Origin: a virus
IMG/VR virus record: IMGVR_UViG_3300045988_018117
Location: 1 to 42,338 of that record
Reading direction: 5' to 3' (one strand)
DNA: 42,338 nt
This document shows positions 1 through 9,400 of this stretch, piece after piece. A model generated the notes under the pieces. It worked only from the letters and a program-made list of their open reading frames with translations, did no database searches and had not been told where the DNA came from. The position numbers and the translations under genes were made by a program. Position 1 is the stretch's first letter; every line of letters begins with the position of its first letter.

Positions 1-77
1 GCAGAAACGTTGTAAAATTCCGTTATCCATATTTCACACGCAGGAGGTCACTGGTTCGAGTCCAGCAGTCTCCACCA
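1..77 (+). ncRNA. ssrA: 3'-terminal segment of a tmRNA (ssrA)-like gene; the 5' part lies off-window
   Basis: Ends in T-loop GGTTCGAGTCC, then acceptor strand AGTCTCC, then ACCA. The U in CUCC would make the G3:U pair with a GGGG 5' end, as in tmRNA. The upstream 45 nt are not tRNA-like, so this is not an ordinary tRNA. A terminator follows. Confidence 0.5.
1..77. repeat. attL core (77-bp perfect direct repeat, partner 42262-42338)
   Basis: Base-for-base identity with 42262-42338, checked by eye. The repeat may extend beyond the window edges. Confidence 0.9.
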
Positions 78-78
78 C

Positions 79-118
79 AAAAATCCCTGTAACCACAATG
101 GTTACAGGGATTTTCTTA
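79..118. terminator. Bidirectional rho-independent terminator
   Basis: Stem ATCCCTGTAACC / GGTTACAGGGAT with a 4-nt loop. It is flanked by an A-run upstream and TTTTCTTATTT downstream. It serves the tmRNA-like gene (+) and the ORF ending at 159 (-). Confidence 0.7.
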
Positions 119-136
119 TTTCCTCCAAAACACGCT

Positions 137-158
137 TGTAAGTAACGTGTAAGCAACG
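137..158 (+). repeat. Tandem 11-bp repeat TGTAAG[T/C]AACG x2; putative integrase arm-type sites (P' arm)
   Basis: TGTAAGTAACG followed by TGTAAGCAACG, 60 bp from the att core. A near-identical pair occurs at 42162-42182 next to the other core. Confidence 0.4.
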
Positions 159-554
159 TTACCCGTTCTCAACAACGTGCATTGCCTGCCGCAGCGCTTC
201 CTTTACGTTGGGATCGTCGGTGTCCTGCATCATGCGCTCGATCAGATCCTTTGCCTTGCCCTCATCGCGGCTGTACCGGCCCATAGAATCCCTCTTGCGC
301 CGATACGAGCTGCCTCTGTTGTAGGCGGTGCGCCCGGAAGACCAGTCGCGGGAATAGCCATCATCGCGGGAATACCCATCGTCGCGGCTGTAGTCACCGC
401 TTTCAAACATGGCGATTTTGTCAATGTTCTTGATGGACGATGCCAGTTTGTGGATGGCGTCCAGTTCAGCAGCGCTCAGCTCCCGCTGGCCGGAAAACTC
501 AGACAGCTCCTCGCACAGCATCTCCCGGATGCTGAAAAGCTCCTTCATGTTCAT
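159..554 (-). CDS. Hypothetical protein with DGYSRD peptide repeats (accessory cassette)
   Basis: 131-aa ORF. RBS AAAGGAGGA lies 5 nt before the ATG. It starts 14 nt downstream of the stop of the preceding ORF. No recognisable domain. Confidence 0.7.
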   Translation of the reverse strand: MNMKELFSIREMLCEELSEFSGQRELSAAELDAIHKLASSIKNIDKIAMFESGDYSRDDGYSRDDGYSRDWSSGRTAYNRGSSYRRKRDSMGRYSRDEGKAKDLIERMMQDTDDPNVKEALRQAMHVVENG

Positions 555-567
555 GTCGTTCCTCCTT

Positions 568-990
568 TCAGCAGACGCGCTCCACGATCATGTTGCTATT
601 GGCAAAGCTGATCGCCTGAGCGCTGGTGTTCTCCATCGCCACCGTTACGCAGCAGCCCTTCGGCACGTCCACGTTGGCAGCGACGAAGATATTGAAATAG
701 TTCTCCACGGCGGCGGGCGTTACCGTTGCCACGGCGCTGGTCAGCGGCTCTCCGTTGATAGCCAGCGCGGCGGAGATTGCACCCACCGTGCCACCGGTGG
801 GGATGGCGATGTTTCCGCCGAAGGACACGCGGAACCGTGCCTTACACTGGTTTGTCAGGCCGCGCAGGAACACCTGCCCGCTGCCCTCGCGGTGTACGAC
901 GCAGGACTTGCCCGCAACGGCAGTTTCCGTCAGCGGCACATTCTGGCCGGCAGCAACGCTGACAATGTTGGAATTGGTAAACTCAGCCAT
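568..990 (-). CDS. Hypothetical all-beta protein, possibly a BclA-C-terminal / C1q-TNF-like jelly-roll; ends in Cys
   Basis: 140-aa ORF with RBS GAAAGGAA. Alternating small/hydrophobic beta-strand pattern with GCC and C-terminal ERVC. The fold assignment is from memory of Firmicutes exosporium-type proteins, not an alignment. Confidence 0.6.
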   Translation of the reverse strand: MAEFTNSNIVSVAAGQNVPLTETAVAGKSCVVHREGSGQVFLRGLTNQCKARFRVSFGGNIAIPTGGTVGAISAALAINGEPLTSAVATVTPAAVENYFNIFVAANVDVPKGCCVTVAMENTSAQAISFANSNMIVERVC

Positions 991-1028
991 AAGATCATTC
1001 CTTTCTAAAGGGGTCGAAATCGACCAGT

Positions 1029-1066
1029 TTAAAATACAGCGGCGGGACGATTGCCCCGCCGCCTTT
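1029..1066 (-). terminator. Rho-independent terminator after ORF 1124-1816
   Basis: On the - strand: GGCGGCGGGGCAATCGTCCCGCCGCTG followed by TATTTTA. Confidence 0.55.
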
Positions 1067-1123
1067 CAATATCAGCCCGGAGCTGAACAATTTCCGTTTT
1101 GGAAATAGATTTTTATGCAGTTG

Positions 1124-1816
1124 TCAGCAGCCAGAGCAGCCGGTGTAGCTGCCAGCCCACGGGTTGCAGGACGCATACGCCGGGATAGGCGTAGGCCGCA
1201 GCTGGGAGATCAGGTAGTTGTTCTGCGCAGCCTGAGACGCGGCCAGACGCAGCTCCTGATTTGCGCTCTCCAGATCGCGCATCTTGGAGTTGGTCAGGAA
1301 GTCCAGGATGGCGCGGCTGTTGGCGTTCTGATTCTCCACGATGTCGCGGGTGGCGTTCTGCACGGTGTTCCGCGTGTCACACGCCTGCGTCGCCATGTCA
1401 TAGCGCACCTGCGCGATGGCGGCTCTATTCTCGCAGCAGCAGTTTGCCGCCTGCATCTGCATGGCGCTGAGCTGCTGCATCAGTGCGGCCTGCTGGTTGG
1501 CGCGGGACAGCTCGGCATTGCCGAATCCGGTCAACAGCGTGTTGTTCACGGCATAGAAGCCGTCGCACAGCCCGCCGTTGATGAGATCCATTTTGCGCTC
1601 GATGTTGGAGAAGTCGGAGGCCAGCACATAGCCATCCACCACACCGCCGGAATTGCCGTTGTTGCCCCAGCCGTTGCCGCCCCAGCCGCAGAACGCGAAC
1701 AGGAACAGGATGATGAGGAACCACGCGCCGTCTCCGCCAAAGCCAAAGCCGTTACCGCTGCCATTGGCAGGGGCCACAGGCATGGTCATGGTGGGCATAC
1801 CCTCGGAAAGAGACAT
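1124..1816 (-). CDS. Membrane-anchored Gly/Asn-rich, Cys-rich coiled-coil protein, unknown function
   Basis: 230-aa ORF with RBS AAAGGAG. N-terminal GNGFGFGGDG, then TM helix AWFLIILFLFAFCGW (reminiscent of YjcZ-type sporulation peptides). Q/N-rich coiled coil with a CCC motif. C-terminus is GCSGC. Confidence 0.65.
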   Translation of the reverse strand: MSLSEGMPTMTMPVAPANGSGNGFGFGGDGAWFLIILFLFAFCGWGGNGWGNNGNSGGVVDGYVLASDFSNIERKMDLINGGLCDGFYAVNNTLLTGFGNAELSRANQQAALMQQLSAMQMQAANCCCENRAAIAQVRYDMATQACDTRNTVQNATRDIVENQNANSRAILDFLTNSKMRDLESANQELRLAASQAAQNNYLISQLRPTPIPAYASCNPWAGSYTGCSGC

Positions 1817-1876
1817 AGTATCACTCCTTTTTATTGATGTAATTTATCTGAATCGCGGCCACGATCAAGAAACGAG

Positions 1877-1936
1877 TTATGTTTCGTCTTATGTTTTGTC
1901 TTATGTTTTGTCTTATGTTTTGTCTTATGTTTTTGC
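1877..1936. repeat. 5 tandem copies of the 12-bp unit TTATGTTTTGTC (outer copies degenerate)
   Basis: Copies at 1877, 1889, 1901, 1913 and 1925. The array is intergenic, directly upstream of ORF 1124-1816 on the - strand. Confidence 0.9.
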
Positions 1937-1947
1937 TTAGACTTTGC

Positions 1948-2148
1948 TTATTCCATCAGACTTTGAAACTGCTTCGCCATCTGCTGGAGCTGGTTCAACT
2001 GCTGCTGCGTGAGCTTGCCGCTTTGCAAAAGCTTTTCGACCTCCGCTTTAGGGTCGCCCTGGAAATTCGCCTTGAACTGCTTGAACTGCTGCACCATCTG
2101 CATAAAGCCGTTGCCGCCGCCCATTGCACCGAAAAACGGATTATTCAT
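1948..2148 (-). CDS. Hypothetical small protein (66 aa)
   Basis: ORF with RBS AAGGAGGAA inside the end of the upstream gene. Its start overlaps that gene's stop. N-terminus is Gly/Met-rich. Confidence 0.6.
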   Translation of the reverse strand: MNNPFFGAMGGGNGFMQMVQQFKQFKANFQGDPKAEVEKLLQSGKLTQQQLNQLQQMAKQFQSLME

Positions 2149-2551
2149 CGCTCTTTTCCTCCTTGCGCTTCTTGCCCTTCATTTCGCTCACAAGCGCCGC
2201 CAGCGCGTCAAACTCTTTACGGGTCACATATTCCGCAGCGGGCGCTTTCTGCGTGTCAGGAGCGCTTGCAAGCCGCTCCACAAGGTCGTACACCTTGAGC
2301 GTCGGCTTGCCGCTTGCATCGGCCTGTTTTAGATACACCGCGGGCGCCGTCGAATCCCACAGCGCCACCGCCGCATTGGGCGCGACCATCCAGCTTCTTG
2401 CCTCCTGTTCGCCGGATACCCACTGCACGCCGCTCTGCGGCAGGGGATTTTGCGGCATCGGCGGAATGGCCTGCATCTGCTGCTGCCTCAGCTGGGCGAG
2501 GTTGTCCTGCATCGGCGGCATATAGGGGTTTCCGTAGTATGGATAGTTCAT
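2141..2551 (-). CDS. Hypothetical protein with Q/P-rich N-terminus
   Basis: 136-aa ORF. ATGA overlap with the upstream gene. Confidence 0.7.
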   Translation of the reverse strand: MNYPYYGNPYMPPMQDNLAQLRQQQMQAIPPMPQNPLPQSGVQWVSGEQEARSWMVAPNAAVALWDSTAPAVYLKQADASGKPTLKVYDLVERLASAPDTQKAPAAEYVTRKEFDALAALVSEMKGKKRKEEKSDE

Positions 2552-2931
2552 GCTTCATCCGTCCTTTCCCAGTAATACAAGGGTGTTTCGGCTCCGGAAT
2601 CCCATGTGTCGTGCCAGTCTCCGTCTATCACGCACACAACATGGGACGCCAGCGCCAGCAGATATGTACCACGCGGGTGATCCATTGCAAAATCACTCAC
2701 GGAATAGCTGTCCGAACAGTCCTCCGGGATGATATGTCGTGTAAAGCCCAGCTTCTTGAGATACGCGCCCCACACGTTGTTGGCGCTGGGCATATCCGCA
2801 AGTGCCAGACCCTGCATACAAAGCTGCACATACGTCTCATGCCATCCCTGCCCCGTGGCGCGGCAGATCGCGCGAACAGGACAGTCTCCCACGTTCTTGC
2901 CAGAGGGATTCGGGTTATACCATACGAACAT
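2548..2931 (-). CDS. Conserved phage hypothetical protein, possibly a papain-like Cys/His fold
   Basis: Start moved to MFVWYNPNP (RBS GAGAGGTGG). Motifs VGDCPVRAI and ASHVVCVIDG resemble a Cys...His peptidase/amidase arrangement. This is inference only. Confidence 0.65.
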   Translation of the reverse strand: MFVWYNPNPSGKNVGDCPVRAICRATGQGWHETYVQLCMQGLALADMPSANNVWGAYLKKLGFTRHIIPEDCSDSYSVSDFAMDHPRGTYLLALASHVVCVIDGDWHDTWDSGAETPLYYWERTDEA

Positions 2932-3105
2932 CACGACCACCTCTCTTTACCGCCAGCATACGGCAGATATCGCCGGAAAAAGCGTCAAGAAAAGGGCGAA
3001 AAAGTGCGTGTCGTTTTTTGTCGAACGATTTTTCTTGCGTTTCCCGCTTGTGCGCGTTACAATAAAAATACCCCGATCCCTTTCCTGCGTTCCATGTGCA
3101 GCAGG

Positions 3106-3145
3106 AAAGAAAAAAAGACACACCTACACGGTGTGTCTTTTTTCT
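3106..3145 (-). terminator. Rho-independent (bidirectional) terminator ending the late operon
   Basis: AAGACACACC / GGTGTGTCTT stem with a 5-nt loop, flanked by an A-run and a T-run. The stop codon of ORF 3124-3378 sits in the loop. Confidence 0.7.
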
Positions 3146-3378
3146 GCTCTCAGGCCGTCGGCCATTTTTTTGTATGCGGTACGGCGGCGGCGCTTTACGC
3201 CGTCAACCGATACGTTCATGCGGAACGCCTGCTCCACGCAGCTTCGTCCCCGCACATCGCATTCCGCGATACACTGTGCCTCCTCCTGCGGCAAGTCAAA
3301 AGATTGGATCCACGCGATAGCTCTCTTGGGTGCCATGCTATGCAGCATAGCCCGTATTTCCCGGTGCTCCTGATTCAT
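3124..3378 (-). CDS. Small sigma-70 region-4-like HTH protein (putative transcription regulator)
   Basis: 84-aa ORF. The segment LPQEEAQCIAE...GRSCVEQAFRMNVSVDGVKRRRRTAYKKMA fits the sigma region-4 HTH pattern. There is no strong RBS, and a hairpin CCTGCGTTACGCAGG abuts the ATG. Confidence 0.5.
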   Translation of the reverse strand: MNQEHREIRAMLHSMAPKRAIAWIQSFDLPQEEAQCIAECDVRGRSCVEQAFRMNVSVDGVKRRRRTAYKKMADGLRAEKRHTV

Positions 3379-3465
3379 CCTGCGTTACGCAGGCTTGCGG
3401 ATCGCCTTGCGGCGGGATGGTGCCATAGGATGGTTGCCCTATCGCCCGTTGCTCCTTTCCTTGAT

Positions 3466-6400
3466 TTACGGTGCTCGCCACCGGTTTTTCAGATCATCCA
3501 CAGATTTTACCTTCTGCTCCGTTTTCATAATCGCCTCGACGCCCTGTCGCACGTCCTTCTCATCGTAGCCGTGCTCCAGCATCTCCTTATAGATCATCCG
3601 CGCCGTCTTTGTGTCGTTCTCCTTCTGCGCCAGATAGAGCAGCTCGCACCAGCGCTTTCTGTTCCCGGCGCTCCTGTCCATACGGTAGATGGCCTTTTCC
3701 ATCTCGAACATCAGACGCACATTACCGGTTTCGCTGGCAATAGTCCGAGCCAAAGACCACACGTCGCGGCCAAGGTTTGCCACGCTGACGCCAAATATCT
3801 TGCTCACAGCGGTCAAAAGCTGCTTGCAAGCGTAAGCGGTGGTATATTTTCCCTCGCCGGTAACGCTGCTGTACATCGTCTGGGTCGCCCGCACAATGTC
3901 ACCGATGGCATCTGCGTCCATTCGCTCTACGGAGTAGCCTTGCAGGATGGAGATCAGATCCTTTGCATAGGGCAATCTTCCGACCAGCGTAATGTTGCCC
4001 TTCAGGTTTCCTTCCAGCAAAACGTTCTTTGCCAGCTCTCCGAACCTCTCCTCATCTCCGCTGACACCGGTAAGCGCCGCGAAGAAACGCGCCCCATACT
4101 TTTTCTCCTTGTCATCGTCGCGCAGCGCGTCAACAAGGGACTGTGCCAGCGAGTTTATAAGATCCGTTACCAACAGCGCACCCACGGAGCGCTTCAACTG
4201 CTTCAATGCAGCGCTCCGCTTCTGCATGTTGGTTTCAAAACGCCATGCGTCATAGGAGCGCATCAGGATATTCAGACTTTTCAGCGGCTCACCCATAAAG
4301 GACGTGGCCTGCCGCGTCAGCGCGTCGCTGTCCCGCATGATCTGCGTCCGCTGCATGATGCCGTCTACCACCTGCGTTTGGTCGATGACGTCCGTAAACA
4401 GCTCCGCCACCTGCCGGTAATACGCATCGCTGCCTACTTCCGTTTTTGTGTCTGCCGCCACCTGCCACTCGCAGGCATTCCAGATCCTGCCCCATGTAAT
4501 GGCGTCCGCATTGGCAGCGGCCCGGCTGCTCCAGTCGCTCAGTTTGTCCATAACGCTGTCGCTGGAGCCGTACACCTCTCGCGCAATGGTGTACCGGCTT
4601 CCCTGGTCAAAGCCGGACGAATCCTTGATGCCTGCAATCGCCGCCCAGTTTCTGGCCTTGTCCCAGCCGTTGCCGTCCGTCACGCCTTTTGCGATGCCTT
4701 TCGCCATGTTCTCCGGGTCGAGGATCACCGCCGCCCGGAAAAATGCCGTGGGCTGCTGGATGACCACGCGCCAGTTGGAGCCGACAGCCGCGCCCTTGGT
4801 ATTGCCCACGATCCGCTCAATGCTTCTGGTGGTGTCGCTGGAATTTTTCACCATGCCGTTCTGCATATCCCGCATCAGATTCCGCCAATACTTCTGTGCC
4901 GCGTCTCCGTATACGCCGGACAACACCTGCTGCATATTCCGCCCCGTCAGATTCCCGCTGCTGTCGCGGTACCGATAGTTGTACAGCCGGTTGATATCCT
5001 CCATCGGTGCCAGCAGCGTGGCGTATTTGATCATGTCGCTGGCGTTCTGCGCAAACACGTCATACGCACCGCCGATGTCCAGCGCATTGCTGGCGTTGGG
5101 AGTTAGCGCCTTTGCGCTGCCCATGTTCTTGATCGACCGTGCGTTATCCGCGTCCTTCTCCACGCTGGAGGCCACTGCATCCTTTGCGGCTTTGATGGGC
5201 CAGTAATGCTCCTCCTTGAATTTCCGATAGCCGTACACCTGCATACTGGCGTTGTTGCCCCACTCCGCCAGTTTGGTGCTTGCCAGCTTTTGCAGACCGT
5301 TTGCCACCTTGACCTGCTCCGGCGTCAACACAGAGGTGATGGCCTTGATGTCATCCTCCGTCAGCAGAATGTTGTCGTTCCCGCGCGGGATCTCTTTCAG
5401 CTTGCCGTCCCGCTTGATCTCCGGCTGCACAATGCCGCCCACCGTCAGATGGTGCATGGCCTGTTCGCCGCGCCGCGCCAGATTGTACAGGTTCATGATC
5501 TGGTCGGTGGTCAGCGTCAACTCCACGCCCCGGCCTGTGGTGAAAGTGTGCCGGTCAAAGCGTTTTTTATACACGTTCTTGTCCAAGAACTTTTCCGCCT
5601 CGCGCTGCACATCCCTCAGCATCCAGTGCTGCTGATCCTGCGCGTTCCGCAGCGTTCTGTACAGTTGCTTACCTGCATCGCCGTAGGCAGAGAAGAACGT
5701 ATACGGGTCTGCCATATCCAGAGAAATTTTGCGGTTTCGCCGCTTCCTGCCCATGCTGTCCGCCGCAAATCGCTCCGCCCACTCGCTGGTGCTCTTGTAC
5801 TTCGCGGAGGAGAGCGTCTTGTCGTAGGTTGTCAGCGTCGTTTCAATGGCACGGATCGCGTTCCACACCGTTTCCAGCTCGGACACGCTCATATCCGCAA
5901 TGCGCTTGCCGCCCAGCGCGGACAGAGAATCCAGCAGACCGCCGCTTTCCGTCAGCGCCGGGTCTACTACCATATTCCCCTCGTTGTCCAGAATATCATC
6001 ATAGATCTGCTTGAGCCGGTCTGCCTCCAGCGTCCTTCTGGTGGGGTCGCCGTCCGCGTTCTTCCGCAGCCGCCCGTTTTCGTCGTAGCTGTACGCGCTT
6101 TCCAGATTGATATTTTGCAGCAGGCTTGCCACCGCCACACGTAGCTTCTCCGGAATGTGCTGCTTGTCCGTTGGATTCACCAACTTACGGGAGATCGCGC
6201 CGGTGTGCCGTGCGATCCGCGCCCGCATCGCCGTTGCTTTCCGTTTTTCGCTGCCCTTCTTGGTCTTCTCGTTGTACTTCTTCCGCAGCGCGTTTACGTC
6301 GTCCCGGCGCTTCTGCCGCTCACGGGACAGCATCTCACGCACACGACCGACGGCCTCCTGCTTCTCCAGCGCACGCCTGTCTGCATACGTTTTCTTCTGC

Positions 6401-9400
6401 CGCACCTGATCGGAAATCATTCCGTCAATGATGTCGTTGGCAATCTCCTGAATGGCTGCATCACGGTAGCTGTCGAAGGGGTTTTCATAGATGGTGTCCA
6501 TGCTGTCCAGCACGTCACCTATTTGCAGCAGCATGTCCGCCTCGGTATACACGTCGCTGGGGAAATAGCCCTCGCCAAACATCTCCGCCAACTCGCCATA
6601 CACGGTATCCACAGACGTGCCATTGGACTTGTTCAGTTTCAGCGTTCCCATGTGGCTCTTTCGAAAATCGCCGTAGTTTGCCATGTCCCCGCCGAACTGG
6701 ATGGTCTGCCGCTTCAAATAGTCCCGAATTTCCAGCAGCTCCGCGCCGTACTCCGTCAGCTCCGTCGTGTTGTCCACGATGGCCTCCGCCACGGCCTTGG
6801 CGTGTGGCATCAAATCCTCCATCGTCACGTCCCGCTTCATCACAGCCTTGGCAAGCGCGTCCATCTCGCTTTGCACGTCCGCGTATTTCACATCGCTGCC
6901 GTACTCGCGGATGAGATTCTGCCCCAGCTTTTTCACGTCCCGCAGCACCACGGACGGTTCCTTGCTGATGCGCATTTCGCCCTTCAGCTCCTGCACCCGC
7001 TGTTTCAGCGCCTCATTCTGCTTGGCCAGCGCGTTTCGCTCCTTCTTGAGTTCCCGCGCCTCGCGCTCCACCTCCGCCGTATTCTTGAGCTGATACCGGA
7101 ACTTTTCAAGCTCCGATACATACGGTGTCGTTCCATTCTCAAAGTACGCCTTTATGTCGTTGATGACCTTGCTGCTGTGCGTCCCCTTCGGGTATTCCGT
7201 GCTGGACACGGTATTCCCGTTGGCGTCATCCAAATCCAGAATGACTTCGCCTCTGTTTTTGCTAATGAAGTCAGCCAGAGAATCAAACTGCGCCTTTGTG
7301 GGCATGACCGACAGGTTGATACCGCCGCTTTCCGGGCTGATACGGATATTCCCCTCGCCCATAAACTGTACCATCGCGCCGCTGTAATCGTCCCCGCCGT
7401 AATCAAGCCCCAGCGCGCCACGGATATTCCGATGATCTACGGTTCGGTAGCCGCCGGGGCCACCATCATGCCGTCCGGAGAAGTCCAGTTTCGTGCCGTC
7501 CGTGGTGATGTACCCGGTCTCGTTCCAGCTGTACGTCTTGCCGAAAAATTCCTTTGCGGATTTTACATGATCTTTTTTCTCCGCCTCCGAGTAAGCTTTC
7601 AGCGAAAACCGTATATCCGGGTCGCTGGTTGGGTTGGGATTGTCCACCCGTTTAATCTGCTCTGGAGAAAACGCAATGTAAACTGTATCAGGTGTCCCGT
7701 TGTCGTCCATGATCTCATCCGTTGACCTTACAATGATACCATCATGTCCGCCATCTTTTGCCCAACGCTTCAAATCCGAATGCCTTACGTCCGCCTGCCC
7801 AGCGGCGCTTCCCCAGCCGCTATCCTCAACAATGAGAGGATTTCGCAGATTCAAATACGCCTCCATTACATAACCACCGCCAAGTTTGCCGGATGCATTT
7901 CCAGCATACCCTTGCGCATCTTCCTTGTACGGAGTGAAATAAAATCCCAGATCACCACCTCGAAGCGGGTAATTTTGCTCGATTTTGTCTGGGTCAAATA
8001 CAGTAAATTCCGCGTCTGTTCCGTGATAGACAGTAAGAAGCCGCCCCTCCGCATCCCGCACCTTGCTGTCCTTGAAAAACTCCTGCTGCTGTTCAGAGAG
8101 CTTCCGCCCGGTGCTATCCGTGGATTTCAGTGAAAACTGCGGCTTGACATTCTCGCCATCGGTGAGTATACTGGTACCAGAAGCATTCCCCCGCTGAGCG
8201 CCGGAGTTTCCGGAAGAGCCGTTAATTTGGGGAGTGCTTCTTTCTTGCATTTCCCCGATATTGTAGACAATGCTCCCATCCTTACCCAGCGCAACGGAAA
8301 TGCGCGTTCGATAATACTTTCCGTCAAAATCCATGAAATATGCCGTTCGATAGTTCCAGCCGTCTTTTGCCATGTCACCGTGACGCCCACCAAAGTCAAG
8401 GACAGTCTTTCCTCCGCGCTCAGAAACCTTAATGAGTTCGTCGATGTGCGCAGCCGCATTTGCTTTACGTTCAAATGCTTTTTCATCCAGCGTTCGACCA
8501 TTGTTGTCGTAAATGCTACTCAGCTTCCCGGCAGATTTACTTGTCAGGAGGAGAACATCGCCGTCCTCGGCAATCAGGCGAACATCCTCGTGATTGCGGA
8601 TTTTGCCGTTGATATAGCTTTCCAGCTGTTCACTCCACGCCTTGGGATCGTTGCCAAATAACACTTGTCTGTCCGCCTGAACGTATTTCATGCCATTGGG
8701 GAACTGCTTGATCTGATACTTTGCACCGTCGCCCTCACCGGCGGCGGTTTTTGCTTTCTCCGCCTGCCGCTCCGCCGCGTCAAAGGCCACCTGCCATTGC
8801 TTGGCAATGTTTTCCAGCTCGGCAAAGTCCTTGCCGTATGCCTCCTGCGCCGCCATGTCGCGGTATTTGCCGGTGAACGCAGTTTTGACCTTGGCAAGAA
8901 ACTCCTTCAGGCTGTCCAGCAGCTTCTGCGCCGCCGTCCGGTTTTCCTTGGAGAACTTGGCAAACAGGTCTGCGTCGTCCAGCATATCACCGGCGAAGTC
9001 CGCCGCAAGCTCGTCCATCACCTCGTCACGCGTCAGCGTCACGCCCTCCTGCTCCGCCGTCTCCATGTACCGCTCCACGATCTCCGCCTCTGTGTCCGCG
9101 CCGTTTTCGCGCATCTTGTACTCCACCGCCGACTGCCGGAACTTCCGGTATTCAGCGGGGGACAAGTCCTGCATCCGGTGGGTGATCTCATGTGCGGTCA
9201 CGTTCAAAAGCGGATTGTAGCTGTCAGCGGCGATTTGGATGAGATTCTGCTCTTTGATGTACTGGCCGTTGGCTCTGCCGCCAAGCACCTGATCCACGAT
9301 CTCGATCCGGACGCCCAGCTTCTTGCCCCATGTGTTCAGCGTGGCGGCGGTGTCCTTCTTTGCTGTGATCAGATACCGACTATACTCGTTGTCCGCCAGA

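Noticed and set aside
1877-1936. Could the tandem repeats be a CRISPR array?
   Set aside because: The units are only 12 bp, directly abutting with no spacers, and there are no cas genes.
2314-5106. 930-aa + strand ORF. Similar long + strand ORFs occur at 6157-7725, 8665-10938, 18999-20645, 22387-23898 and 23429-24586.
   Set aside because: All are antisense to - strand genes with recognisable motifs (giant protein, capsid, portal, TerL). Their translations are Arg/His/Pro/Leu-rich low-complexity sequence with no RBS. These are typical shadow ORFs of GC-rich DNA.
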